Assembly: GCF_001194135.2 (NCBI RefSeq)
Contig: NC_068982.1
Location: 131,174,571-131,238,570, forward strand
Length of the DNA stretch: 64,000 nt
Direction of reading: 5' to 3'
From: Octopus bimaculoides
Taxonomy: Eukaryota
Below the pieces are notes generated by a model that did no database searches, was not told where the DNA came from, and saw nothing but the letters and a program-made list of their open reading frames with translations. Positions 1 to 11,929 of the stretch are shown piece by piece. Both the position numbers and the translations under genes were made by a program. How positions within the stretch are numbered: the first letter of the stretch is position 1; each line of letters starts with the position of its first letter.

Positions 1-1574
1 GAAGCAAAACAGAAAATAGAGAAAATGGTAATCAGATATTAGCTTTAAATTGTACTAAGATTCAGAATCTCCCAATCAAATATATCAATTTTACAAATTA
101 GTTCCTACACAACAATGGTCAATCAAATGAACCAAGTGATTTCAATAATAACATTTACTCATTTGTTGATCATTTCAGTTCAATTAGATATTAGCAACCA
201 CTAAAACATCATCTATACAATACACCATTTGGCTTGAAAACATTACTGTCAGTCGGACATCTAGTCAATCGAAATATTCAATCTATTCATATTTTAATAA
301 AACATAGGAAATAGTGAACGAAATTTAAAAGAAAACAAAAATGATCTATAACCAATTAGCATACTGCTGATAGTTCATCAGAAATGGATACTAAGTTACC
401 ATTATGTAGGTCTATCGTAGTATCAAAATGACAAGAATCTTTCAAGAAATTATTCTTCTTTTTTAAATAAAAATTCTAGGAATTTCCATTTGTCAAAAGA
501 AAAACCAAGCTATTATCCCATTTGAGACTTCCTGGCAAATATCAACAACAACTGTTTTAAATCCCTAATGGAGTGGGTTTTAAATTTTTTTTTCTATTTT
601 ATTTCTCTGACTATTTTTCAATAGAAGTATCACAGACAAACCCACCCATGAAAATCTTTTCTTAAAAGATTATAATTTTTGTTGCTTTTTTTTTAATCTT
701 TCAAAATTTAAAATATCAGTTTCCCAAGTTTTCTTTTTTCTTTTCTTTTAATCTGAATACATGAGTTAAATAGAAAAATCACTTATCTTTATCAAAGATG
801 AGAAAAATAAAATGTTATAAAAGCAAGCAAGATGGTAAAAATTATAAAGAAAACTGTATTTGAATCAGTTTAAGAAAATAAAATGATCAAATATTTAATT
901 ATAAAGCATTAACTGCAGAGTCAGATTTTCAGGTTATTAATAAGAGATGCCTGTTTCTAATTGAGTCATGAAAACCAGAATTAATTAAAGTGTTGTTTTT
1001 AACAAGCTTTGTTAAACTATTATTCTCTATAATGATAGACAGTAAGGGAAATCAGATATATGAGGTCTAAGAGAGAAAATGTACATTCCATTATTTTAAG
1101 ATCAAAAGCTAAAAGTTCAAAACTGACAGATGTCAATTTTGTTTCGACATTTAGCTGTCAATACTGAAATAGTTAGATGTCAAAATATCACCACCTTTTT
1201 TTCTGGTTTTTGCATAGTTAATTAAATTTGCTTAAAAAAAAAGTGGGTAGGATAGCAAGATATTCTACTTGATAACACCAGTAATACATAAAACAAAGCT
1301 AATAATCAATCAATCATCAACTGTGAAATTTTTTTTTAATTTATACTTAATATAATTGATAATTAATGGTGAATAAATTAATAGCACAGATCATTAGGAA
1401 ATTGGCAATTTTGCCCACTGTTCTTCATGATTACCTTTATGATTACCTTCAATTAATGAGAACAATATGTTATCTATAGAAGAAAGAAAGGAAAAAAACT
1501 ATCTGAATTAAGTTACCACCTCAAAGTTAAATGGAAAATTACTATGAATAATAATCCTTTCTGCTATATAACCA

Positions 1575-1850
1575 TATGGCCTGAAGGAAGCAGATAGTTC
1601 ATAACATTGATCCTAATTCTCAAGTGGTATTTTATTCCATCAACCCCGAGGGAATGAAAGACAAAGCTGTCTGCAGCAACATTTGTACTCAGAATGTAAA
1701 GAACCAAAAGAAATGCTGCAAAGTATTTTGACCTACATGCAAATGATTCTGCCAGCTTGCCACCATAATCATCATCATTTAATGTCCACTTTCCATGCTG
1801 GCATGGGTTGGATGGTTTGACAGGGACTGCTCAGCTGGAGGGCTGCCCAG
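1575..1850 (-). mobile_element. Degenerate SINE family B copy followed by a fragment of the RTE-tailed SINE family C
   Basis: Reverse complement resembles the well-preserved family B copy at 51723-51961. 1768-1850 matches the catcatcatc...tttccatgct.gcatgggttgga tail of family C. Boundaries approximate. Confidence 0.7.
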
Positions 1851-1976
1851 GCCCCATAATAATAATAAATGTTTTTAAGGCAAAAATAAAACTTAAGATT
1901 TTATAAATGTAGCACCTACAGTGAGGCTTTGAAGAAAGAAAATCTGCAAGTGACATTTGTCATTGTTCATTGAAAG

Positions 1977-2071
1977 AGGCTGCCGGATGGCTGCTACATT
2001 TTTGTAACAGCTTATGTAAACTGGAGTATATTCAGAAATCCTGCAGGATCTTTGCAGCAGAAGTTAAGCAG
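1977..2071 (+). CDS. Candidate coding exon of an unidentified plus-strand gene
   Basis: Open frame (E)AAGWLLHFCNSLCKLEYIQKSCRIFAAEVKQ ends at donor CAG|gtaatc (phase 0). The acceptor is weak and no homology was recognised. Confidence 0.35.
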
Positions 2072-2309
2072 GTAATCCTTATGTACTCTAACATTATGCT
2101 ACAATTTAAAATCCCAATACAAGGCACAATTCATGTAGTACCATTTTCCTTATTATTTCTGGGTAATATTCAGCTTGAATAAATGGTTCCTAAACAATAC
2201 TTGTCTCTTTACTCTTACCCAATGAGTTTTGTTTTCAGCTTTGAAAATAAATGGTATACATTCCAGTATTGTAAATAATTGAAGATAAATTACAAGCACA
2301 TTAGTCTTT

Positions 2310-2646
2310 ATGTTTTAATTGCTTCAATCATTAGACTGGAGCTGAACAAACTTACCCTAGTATTTAATTTTAAGTTTAGTACTTATTCTATCAGTCTTGT
2401 GTCAAACCACTAGATTCATGGAGACATAAACAAACCAACACCACTTGTCAAATGGTGGTGAAGAAATCACAAAAATACACACACACACATATATAAGGGC
2501 TTCGACACAGTTTCTGCCTACCAAATTCACCCACAAGGCATTGATCAGCTTGGGGTAACAGTAGAAGACACTTGCCCAAGGTTCCACACAGTGGGACTGA
2601 ATCCAAAACCATGTTACAACGCAAGCTTCTTAACCACACAGCCATG
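2310..2646 (-). mobile_element. tRNA-derived CORE-type SINE (family A)
   Basis: Minus strand reads ggctgtgtggttaagaagcttgc...ggattcagtcccactgtgtggaaccttgggcaagtgtcttctact: a tRNA-like head plus a CORE-like ccttgggcaagt motif, a (TG)n tract and the family tail. Confidence 0.8.
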
Positions 2647-3059
2647 TTGAATGTATGTTTAAACTATATTTGAAAGAGAATCAAGCGTAATTGAGCAGCA
2701 AAGATCAAATATAGGTTCCTACATATAAAACTGCATATATAATTAAACACACACAATCTTCCTTTTATGTCCACTTTCCATACTGGAATGAGTTGGATGG
2801 GTCATTACAGTCCAATATCTTTATTTGGTGCTATGGCCTTCCTAAATGAGATGCAGGACCACATCTCATTCATGTTCTACATGCTTTTTAGATTCCCTTG
2901 TTAAGACTGCTCAATTGACAGAATGTACTGGGGAAATTTTATCACCATACCAGAACCAGTGAAGTAGCTTTGAATGCCACAAGACTAAAGAGTCCTTACT
3001 ATCCTACATTGTTTCTATTCATCAAGGTAAGGTGATCGAAGGGCAAATTGAACAGCTTA

Positions 3060-3501
3060 TATATATATATGGTGGTTGTCTACTCCTTATGCAGAGTTTG
3101 ACCACTTCCTGTACCTACACCTTAGAACCAGCATGGCATCTGATGTGGCTTTTTAAACCAGAGAAGGTTTTGAAAAGACACCCACATAGATTGCATATCT
3201 GATTTGGACCACCAAGAGCTGCAGTTAAGTTCTGATCTTTGTGGATCTTAAAATGCCTTTTGAGGCCTTCGTTAGATTTGCAGACCTTCCAGCATATATT
3301 GCATTGAAAGGTGTGCACAGACATATAGGCAGAATATATACCGTCATTGGTACTCCTACTACCATCAACCCTGCTGCAGCTGATGATATTTTCTACTGTA
3401 ACAATAAATGTAGAGATGAGACTGAACATAAATCCTTCCATCAAAGCCAATGGAAATATTTCTTTGTTTTCACCTATTGATGAGTATTTTACCCAAAACA
3501 A
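3060..3501 (-). mobile_element. 3' end of a non-LTR retrotransposon (probably RTE-like) encoding two C2H2 zinc fingers
   Basis: ORF 3115-3501 ends CNICWKVCKSNEGLKRHFKIH...CNLCGCLFKTFSGLKSHIRCH and lacks a TGEKP linker. The stop is followed by an approximately 45-nt UTR that can fold (GTGGT/ACCAC and ACTC/GAGT stems) and then an (AT)n tail. Confidence 0.6.
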
Positions 3502-4694
3502 AGTAATTACAGTATACTTAAGGTAACAAAGTAATTATTAAATTATCCTTAAGGTAACACAATATCTTGTTACTTTGATATTTATACATTCTTTTGAATT
3601 GTAAAAAGATTTCCAAACAAATTCTATTTTCATACATACATGACATGGATATGTCTGTATGATTAAGAAGTTTGCTTCCCAACCACATTGAAAAGTAGAT
3701 AATACAATAATTTACTGGAAGTCTGGAGAAATACCATAATTTAAGGTTGGAAAACACCCTGAAGAGGGGTAGGGTCCACTAAGTTGATAAATGTCTCTTG
3801 ACATTTCTTAGATGCCATGGCATTAACAGCTTGGATTAAAAGAACAAAACATAAAATATTGAAACAATGCTGTATATGGATATGAACATAAGAAAATCAA
3901 TATATATGAAACACAGAAACACAGACATAGTTAAATATTACATACATATACACAAGTAGTCAATATTTCAAGATAATTGAGATGAGCTTGATAATATATT
4001 AAAATGAAGTTGGTGATGACTACTATCATACTATTAGATTTACACAGGTGGGATCAGATTTCAGCAAAATGATTACTATTGCAACACTACATTTACACAG
4101 ATGTGGTCATATTTTCATATCTTCTAATTCATATCTTATACATACATAAACATATATGTGTGTGTGCGTGTCTGGATACACACACACACACATACAAATA
4201 TGTATATATGTGAATGTGTATATATGCAAGTATCCATGTATATACATACACACACACACACACATATATAAGTGCACGTATTTACCTGTACAAATGCTTA
4301 TGAGTATATATAGGATTTTGTAAGTGATTTTAATTCTTTAAAAACCACCCATATTTCTGAGTGTTTTAAAAGAAGGAAAATACATAAAATCATCTGAAAT
4401 AATGTTCTATTTCCTGATATTAGCTCACAATCAACATATAAAGATTAATAGAGGTAGATTGGTGATACCAGAATTACTATACTCATCATGGAAAGCAATA
4501 ACGGAGCAAAATTAATTGCAATTAAACTAATACAATGAAGAACAATGCATATACTATATTACTGAATTAGAATAAGCATTATAATACTTCTGGTGGGTAT
4601 TGGGTTTTTTGGGGAATTTTTTTTTATAACTATGGAAACTAACTGAACCTAGCTTCAATATTCCCAAATACCTCACTCTCACTCTTTCTCTCTC

Positions 4695-4830
4695 TCAGCA
4701 GTGAATTCGCAGAGCTGTTAGAATACTGGATAGAATGCTTCCAGATATTTGCTCGGGTTTTCCAAATTCCACTGGGGCTAACTTCAGCCCTTACACATGG
4801 TCAATAAAGCGAAGGATACCAGACCAGGGT
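4695..4830 (+). mobile_element. Degenerate SINE family B
   Basis: cagcagtgaattcgcagagctgttagaatactgg...ttccaaattccactggggctaacttcagccc...ggtcaataaa parallels 51723-51860. Confidence 0.6.
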
Positions 4831-4943
4831 GGTGAATTGATAGAATTAGACATTTAGTCAAACAAACCACCACCCACTATATTACATGTAGTGAAGCAGT
4901 GGCAGGGTGGAGATACAAACACACACACACACACACAATACAT

Positions 4944-5455
4944 CAGTGGTTCTTAACCATTTTTATTCTTTTGTAGTGTCCCTTTTAAAATATTGTTATG
5001 CCTAGCATCCACCTAAGTGATGAGTGAGGTGTCACAACTAAACTAACTTAAACAGGGATGATGATTTATAAATATTACTCAAAAAATGGATTGTATAATC
5101 TTTTAACAGTGAAATCATAAAAAATTAAGAAAGACATAGATAGTAAATTTACTTTACAAACTGCAAGTTAATTATGTTTCTGTGCCTGATGAGATCTAGC
5201 TAAACTATCTATATCAGGCCGAGCAACTGTGTAGATTCTACATAGTTCCTCGACCTGCTAGAAATAGCAGCACTACTTATCATTTTATTTTAATAACCAT
5301 ATAACCATTTATCCTGTATGATATAATGATTACCATAGGTAAAATTTAGTATGTTAATTATGTTACCTCACTAACACTCTCACTGCCTCTAAAACCTAAC
5401 CTTTCAACATGCCCAGTAGCACCTTGGGGTGGTACCTCACTTTTGAGAAGCTCTG
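4944..5455. mobile_element. Degenerate hAT-type MITE
   Basis: Left end cagtggttcttaac and right end tttgagaagctctg resemble CAGTGGTTCTCAA-type TIRs. The TSD is not preserved. Confidence 0.4.
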
Positions 5456-5479
5456 TATTATATTACACACACACACACA

Positions 5480-5615
5480 CAAAATGAGCTTTGAGTCAGT
5501 TTCCAGCTAGCAAATTCACTCACAAGGCATTGGTCAGCATAGGGTGATAGTAGAAGACATTTGCTCAAAGTGTGGCACAAAACGTTTGCCAAATAAGCTT
5601 CTTAACCACATGGCC
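5480..5615 (-). mobile_element. SINE family A (tRNA/CORE head)
   Basis: aaattcactcacaaggcattggtcagc...agtagaagacatttgctcaaagtg...cttcttaaccaca is the same motif set as 2500-2646. Confidence 0.7.
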
Positions 5616-5647
5616 ATACATATTTTACACATGCACATATACCTGTA

Positions 5648-5696
<49 letters not shown>

Positions 5697-5707
5697 CTAA
5701 GTGCATC

Positions 5708-5879
5708 GTTCTATTTTTAAGAGATGAGGAATTATGTACATAATTTACATTTGACGGATATTTGTCCTCGTCTTGTTTGTTGTTAACACAACATTTTGGC
5801 TGATATACCCTCCAGCCTTCTTCGGGTGTCTTGGGGAAATTTCGAACCTGGGTTCTCATTCCAAAGGTATTTTTTGATG

Positions 5880-5911
<32 letters not shown>

Positions 5912-6295
5912 GTTGTTGTTGTTGTTCAGGTCACTGCTTGGAATCGAACTCGGAATCTTGGGGTTAACAACAAACAAGATGAGGACAAATATCCGTCGAA
6001 TGTAAATAATCTAAGTGCATCTACTAGTACTCCTTTGCAGGTTCACCATGCATTTATAATAAGGGGTAACTGCAAAATACTATACTACACACTACAAAAC
6101 AAAGATACAAAAATACTAGATTATAGATAATAGTTACATACCCTATAAAATTCCCCTCAAAAATAGAAGATAATCATAACTTTTTTATATTATTTATATT
6201 TGACGGATATTATATTATTTATATTATTTACATTTGACAGATAATTGTCAAATGTAAATAATGTACATAATTCCTCATCTCTTAAATATAGAACT
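5708..6295. mobile_element. Penelope-like element terminal repeat in nested inverted arrangement
   Basis: About 45-bp inverted repeat (5743-5787 vs 5963-6007) around an (TTA)n core. A second inverted copy of 5708-5755 lies at about 6245-6295. A 13-bp direct repeat atctaagtgcatc is at 5695-5707 and 6009-6021. A hammerhead-like motif, typical of Penelope-like termini, is embedded. Confidence 0.65.
5785..5830 (-). ncRNA. Degenerate minimal type I hammerhead ribozyme
   Basis: Minus strand reads GACAC-CCGAAGA-A-GGCTG-gagggtatat-CAGCC-AAA-ATGT-T-GTGTT. Stem I is GACAC/GTGTT and stem II is GGCTG/CAGCC. The core differs from CUGANGA...GAAAC at U4, G12 and position 15.2. Confidence 0.65.
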
Positions 6296-6299
6296 ACTT

Positions 6300-7620
6300 T
6301 TTTATAGTAACATGGGTTGAGTAGGTTTCACCACTTGTTGCAGTCATGTCATCTCCTTCATACTTTTCAGTATCCTGGGATCAAGCTTCACATCTTCCCA
6401 TAATTTTTTCAGTCTTCCACTTGAATTGCCTGGCTCTCATGTATCAATTGTTATATTTCATATGTGCACTACATATCCCAATAAGTGTAGTCATCTCCTC
6501 GTCTCCTTTACCTACATCAGATCCCTTTTAACCCAATCTTTCTCTCAATTCAATTGTGCTATGTCATTCATGCATGATGCCATTACACAACCAGCCAAGC
6601 ATGCTTCACTCATTTCATAGCAGCCTTTACACAATCTCACCATTCAATGCCCAACCTTCACTACCATGCAATACCACACTTTGTGCACAAGCTTCTAACA
6701 ATTAGCCTTTAACTCAAAAGCAGACTTCTTTGTTCTCAACAGAAATAATAGAGCATTGAACTTTCCCTACTCTGACTACAATGCTTTAGTAATATTCCAC
6801 TCTAACACTGGATAAAGTGAATTATGTAAAAGAAATTATCTATTACATGGGAAATGTCTTAGCTTAAAAAACATGTACATTTCATAGTTGCTCATACTGC
6901 TTGTTATTCTTTTGCATTTTCCATATACAAAATTTTTCTTCTCTTTCAGCTTGTATATGATTTTAATGTATCTCTTGTGTACACACACTTTAACACTGGG
7001 TACACAGTTTAAAACTCCTATCTACATCATTGTTGTACATCAAGCATGGCCACTTCCCTGATGTCAATGGAGTTATGTGTTCTTTCTTGCTAACTAAAAC
7101 TTTTGTCTTTGCTAAGTTTACATTTAGATCTTTTGGTCTTGGGCTCTGCTCCCATATTTGGAAATTAACCTATCATTTCATTAAAAAAATTTTTTTTTTT
7201 TTTGATTCTGCTTATGCAAACTAGATTCTCAGTATACATTAAGATCCCACAGTTACCCAATGTAGAAGGGACTGCAAACCAAGCCCTGATGGATACCCAT
7301 CTTCATATTAAATTTCTTGCTGAACATATTGACAGATCTTACCTAGCTGACACCATCTCTATACATGGCTTTCACAAGTTATTCACGAAGAAGAAAAGGA
7401 TATCAGTGGTTTCTCCTCTCTGCACAAATTGAAATTTCATCTCATTGAAGCTAATCTTTTTCCTAATTACCTCAGCTATATAATATTTCTAGAAGTTAAT
7501 TTTAAATTGTATTTCTTAATGTTGATTTCAGTGATTCAGTTATCCTTGAAATGTTTGTCACAAAATACACTTTGCATTTGTGGCATTACTACTGTATTTG
7601 TATGTCAACTATTTCTGTGG
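6300..7620 (-). mobile_element. Decayed RTE-clade LINE (ORF2 C-terminal half)
   Basis: Minus-strand remnants LNVNLAKTKVLV (cf. GLKVNLAKTKVL) and LLEACAQSVVLHGSEGWALN...NE.SMLGWLCN...LRERLG, with stops and frameshifts. Confidence 0.75.
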
Positions 7621-7825
7621 CATGGTTTATAAAAGCAGTAACACAATGTTTTACATACTTTTGAATTTCCACTGATGAAGACAACATACTTCTCTGAATG
7701 TTTGACTACGATCATATGCAGGGGATAGTGTGATTTTATTTTCAATCAACTTTTCACACCATCTTGACCAGCAGTTGCCCTTGCATGCAATCTCCCCAAC
7801 CAAGCCACTTATGTTTTATCTAAGG

Positions 7826-8313
7826 CAGGGGTGGAGAAACCCCAGCCCACAGGTGCAACTGCGCCTGTGAGCCCATTTTATTGCGCCCACAGGCTGGTAT
7901 ATTTTATAAAATTTATACAATATTCATATGCTTATTTGCAACAAAAGTCACGTTTCTACTACGACTTAAAATGGTTAAACTTGAACAGAAAATTGTCCGG
8001 CAATTGCCATTTGAATGGAAATTTTGTTTTCACTATAAAACACATATTGCAAGGTTTGTACCACCCCCTTGAGACCCAACTACACTCTAACAGAAAAATA
8101 TAGAATACTTCATATGTAATATAAACGTCCTAAATTCAGTGGTGGCATTAATGAAGATGTTACACATTAATTTCATGTCTTAAACTTATCGTTATTAATG
8201 TATCTTGAATTATACATAGATATATCATGATTTTCACAGATATAAGAGTGAACTTGTGATCTGCCCGCATACTAATTTTTTGCCCACCATGCTAAAAAGT
8301 TTCCCCACCCCTG
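7826..8313. mobile_element. hAT-superfamily MITE with intact 8-bp TSD
   Basis: TIRs caggggtggagaaac / gtttccccacccctg. Perfect 8-bp TSD atctaagg at 7818-7825 and 8314-8321. Confidence 0.9.
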
Positions 8314-8471
8314 ATCTAAGGAAAGGGCTGCCTAATTGTAACAGTACAGTTTGATACCTGTATTGTTGCTGGAGGAGATGTCCTCCTGGGGCTATAAACA
8401 ATAGTAGCATCGTCCCTTATGGGACAGCCACATTTAGTTGGCAAATATACTTATATATATANNNNNNNNNN

Positions 8472-8504
<33 letters not shown>

Positions 8505-8562
8505 AACACATACATATATATCACAACCACATAAACTTTCACTTTAAATCTTTTTCTTATAG

Positions 8563-8641
8563 CTTAGACAGAAGGAAGAGCAGCACCATACTTGGCACTC
8601 CATGACTTCGCAGGAGGAAATATTTCTCAGACAGGCTATGG
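8563..8641 (+). CDS. Candidate coding exon of the plus-strand gene
   Basis: Acceptor tctttttcttatag|. Phase-0 frame LRQKEEQHHTWHSMTSQEEIFLRQAM, then donor G|gtactt. Phase-compatible with exons 1977-2071 and 11930-11969. Confidence 0.35.
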
Positions 8642-8909
8642 GTACTTGCAATAGAGCGGACACCCTTAAATACAGCCAAGCAGCAGTGGGTGACATTAAA
8701 ATAGGCAGCATTAAATGTACTACTCCAAAAGGGAATGGACCAACATTACAGACTTTCATACAGTTTATTGACTTTCAAATTCCTTCCACAAGGATTTTCT
8801 CAATCCAATAATATGATAGAAAAGCCCAAGATGCAGTACAGTCACACAGAACTCTGCCTCTGTCTGTCTGTCTCTCTCTCTGTCTATATATATATATATA
8901 TATATATAT

Positions 8910-9773
8910 NNNNNNNNNNNNNNNNNNNNNNNNNNNNNNNNNNNNNNNNNNNNNNNNNNNNNNNNNNNNNNNNNNNNNNNNNNNNNNNNNNNNNNNNNNN
9001 NNNNNNNNNNNNNNNNNNNNNNNNNNNNNNNNNNNNNNNNNNNNNNNNNNNNNNNNNNNNNNNNNNNNNNNNNNNNNNNNNNNNNNNNNNNNNNNNNNNN
9101 NNNNNNNNNNNNNNNNNNNNNNNNNNNNNNNNNNNNNNNNNNNNNNNNNNNNNNNNNNNNNNNNNNNNNNNNNNNNNNNNNNNNNNNNNNNNNNNNNNNN
9201 NNNNNNNNNNNNNNNNNNNNNNNNNNNNNNNNNNNNNNNNNNNNNNNNNNNNNNNNNNNNNNNNNNNNNNNNNNNNNNNNNNNNNNNNNNNNNNNNNNNN
9301 NNNNNNNNNNNNNNNNNNNNNNNNNNNNNNNNNNNNNNNNNNNNNNNNNNNNNNNNNNNNNNNNNNNNNNNNNNNNNNNNNNNNNNNNNNNNNNNNNNNN
9401 NNNNNNNNNNNNNNNNNNNNNNNNNNNNNNNNNNNNNNNNNNNNNNNNNNNNNNNNNNNNNNNNNNNNNNNNNNNNNNNNNNNNNNNNNNNNNNNNNNNN
9501 NNNNNNNNNNNNNNNNNNNNNNNNNNNNNNNNNNNNNNNNNNNNNNNNNNNNNNNNNNNNNNNNNNNNNNNNNNNNNNNNNNNNNNNNNNNNNNNNNNNN
9601 NNNNNNNNNNNNNNNNNNNNNNNNNNNNNNNNNNNNNNNNNNNNNNNNNNNNNNNNNNNNNNNNNNNNNNNNNNNNNNNNNNNNNNNNNNNNNNNNNNNN
9701 NNNNNNNNNNNNNNNNNNNNNNNNNNNNNNNNNNNNNNNNNNNNNNNNNNNNNNNNNNNNNNNNNNNNNNNNN
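8910..9773. other. Assembly gap (largest of eight: 8462-8471, 8910-9773, 10792-10801, 18747-19292, 40553-40646, 44657-44806, 45590-46112, 57689-58075)
   Basis: Runs of N, most abutting (TA)n or (CA)n tracts. Exons could be hidden in them. Confidence 1.
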
Positions 9774-10452
9774 AGCAACTTCTTCCTGGTTGGAAACCAT
9801 GTTGGGTGTCAAGCAGCAAGTCATTTTCTTCAAGGAAGGCGATTAGTTTTCTTCTGAATATTCGTTCCATGACCTTGCTGATGTGCGCGGTCAGAGAGAT
9901 AGGTCTGTAGTTCTTGGCCCCCGCTCTGCTACCTCCTCTATGAATAGGGCATATTATAGCCTCCTTCAGTTTTCTTGGAAGTTTGCCAGTTGCAAGGAAG
10001 CTCTGAAAGAGGGACTGCAGTGGTCTTGCTAGGACTCACTTACATACTTTTAGAAGGATTGCTGGGAATCCATCAGAGCCAGTAGCTGACCTTGGGTTCA
10101 TTTCATATATAGCCCTTATTACATCGTCTTCCTTTTATTGATGTAATTGATCATCACTGTCTCTGTTTTTATATCTGCAGTGGTAAAAAAGTAAGTTGGA
10201 TTGCTGACTTGCAAGTGTCCTAAGGGTGGAGTGAAAATACATTTGAAATGTTCATTTAGTATTTCACTTATTCTCATTGGGTTTCCTGTGAGTGTACCAT
10301 CATTTTTGAGGCATGGCCCTATCCTGCAGTGCAGGACAAGTTATTATGGCATATCTTTCTCGCCTACGCACTAAGGAATAGAGACTTAATATCTTGAGTC
10401 TTTCCCAGTGGCTTATATGCTGCATAGAGGCTATCTTTTTCATGTAGCTTCG
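9774..10452 (-). mobile_element. CR1/Jockey-group LINE ORF2 fragments
   Basis: SATGSDGFPAILLK...[43 protein letters not shown]...QHGFQPGRSC (RT N-terminus, one stop). 10335-10452 encodes C-terminal HWERLKILSLYSLVRRRERYAII. Confidence 0.92.
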
Positions 10453-10455
10453 TTG

Positions 10456-10492
<37 letters not shown>

Positions 10493-10495
10493 TAC

Positions 10496-10529
<34 letters not shown>

Positions 10530-10731
10530 GGCAAACTTCCAAGAAAACTGAAGGAGGCTATAATATGCCCTATTCATAGAGGAGGTAGCAGAGCGGGAGC
10601 CAAGATAAATATATATGTGCATACATATATATATACTCATATATATATGTATACACATACATATATATATGCATACATATATATATGCATACATATATAT
10701 ATATACATACATATATATATATACATACATA

Positions 10732-10772
<41 letters not shown>

Positions 10773-10970
10773 ACATACATATATATATATGNNNNNNNNN
10801 NTCCAACCAGGAAGAAGTTGCTTGACTCAGCTCTTACAATACTATGACTGGGTGCTGAAACAGCTGCTCAACCACTCAAATATGGAAGTGATATATCTCG
10901 ACTTTGCAAAGGTCTTTGATAAAATCTATCAGGAAATGATATGTCACAAACTGCATGATCTGTATCCCAC
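10530..10970 (+). mobile_element. Second, inverted set of CR1-like RT fragments split by TA/TACA microsatellite
   Basis: 10530-10605 encodes [25 protein letters not shown]. 10802-10970 encodes QPGRSCLTQLLQYYDWVLKQL...VIYLDFAKVFDKI (YLDFxKAFD motif). Confidence 0.9.
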
Positions 10971-11266
10971 TTGAACAAAAAGTTATTATTGTTGGTGTCA
11001 TTTTCGCTTGGACTTTCCTGTGTCTCCTGTTTCTAAAGAAGAGCTTTGCTTGAAATGTAAAACTCCCTTTCTTTCCTTCTCTGAGCATCTTATCAATACT
11101 TTGCATGTATCACGTCCTTGCATTGTTGTTTTTTTTCTTGTTGTTCTCTTTTTCTCAGTTATTTTTTTTTCAATTAACTATATATCTATATATTATACAA
11201 AATATGGGGGTTTAGTTCACAAATGACTATATCATTGTTAAATTCCGCTATATTGGAAGTCTGCAA

Positions 11267-11330
<64 letters not shown>

Positions 11331-11349
11331 TACAGATACATACATATAC

Positions 11350-11640
11350 ATCATCATCATCATCGTTTAACGTCCGCTTTCCATGCTAGCATGGGTTGGA
11401 CGATTAGACTGAGGACTGGCGAACCAGATGGCTGCACCAGGCTCCAATCTGATTTGGCAGAGTTTCTACAGCTGGATGCCCTTCCTAACGCCAACCACTC
11501 CGACAGTGTAGTGGGTGCATTTACGTGCCATCAGCACAAGGGCCAGTCAGGCAGTACTGGCAACGGCCACAACCAAATGGTGATTTTTACGTACCACCTG
11601 CACACGAGCCAGTCCTGCAGCACTGGCAACAACCTTGCTA
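11350..11640 (-). mobile_element. Young RTE-tailed SINE (family C)
   Basis: catcatcatcgtttaacgtccgctttccatgctagcatgggttggacg...ctacagctggatgcccttcctaacgccaaccac is near-identical to 58472-58640 and to the reverse complement of 57501-57665. Confidence 0.9.
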
Positions 11641-11796
11641 TATACACACACACACATATACAGAGTATTGAAAGCAATCTCTTGGATTCTAAGTCACAGC
11701 TACAGAGGTATATATACTCACACTCAGCTGGAACTCAGATAACATTAATAACCAAATGCACTTTTTTCTTTGACAAAATGGTATAATCAAAATATG

Positions 11797-11830
<34 letters not shown>

Positions 11831-11929
11831 ATATATATGTATATGTGCCTACATTGAAAAAAATTAGTTTGTGAGTATATTCACGGACTATATTTGAACA
11901 CTCACTTTTTTTTTTTTTGTTTTTAATAG

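Noticed and set aside
7672-7715. CTGATGA as a second hammerhead core (also 37254)
   Set aside because: No convincing stem II followed by GAAA.
8735-9910. Long ORFs of 180-390 aa spanning N-runs (also 18.7, 45.6 and 57.6 kb)
   Set aside because: Length comes from assembly gaps; only the CR1-like RT portion at 9774-9870 is real.
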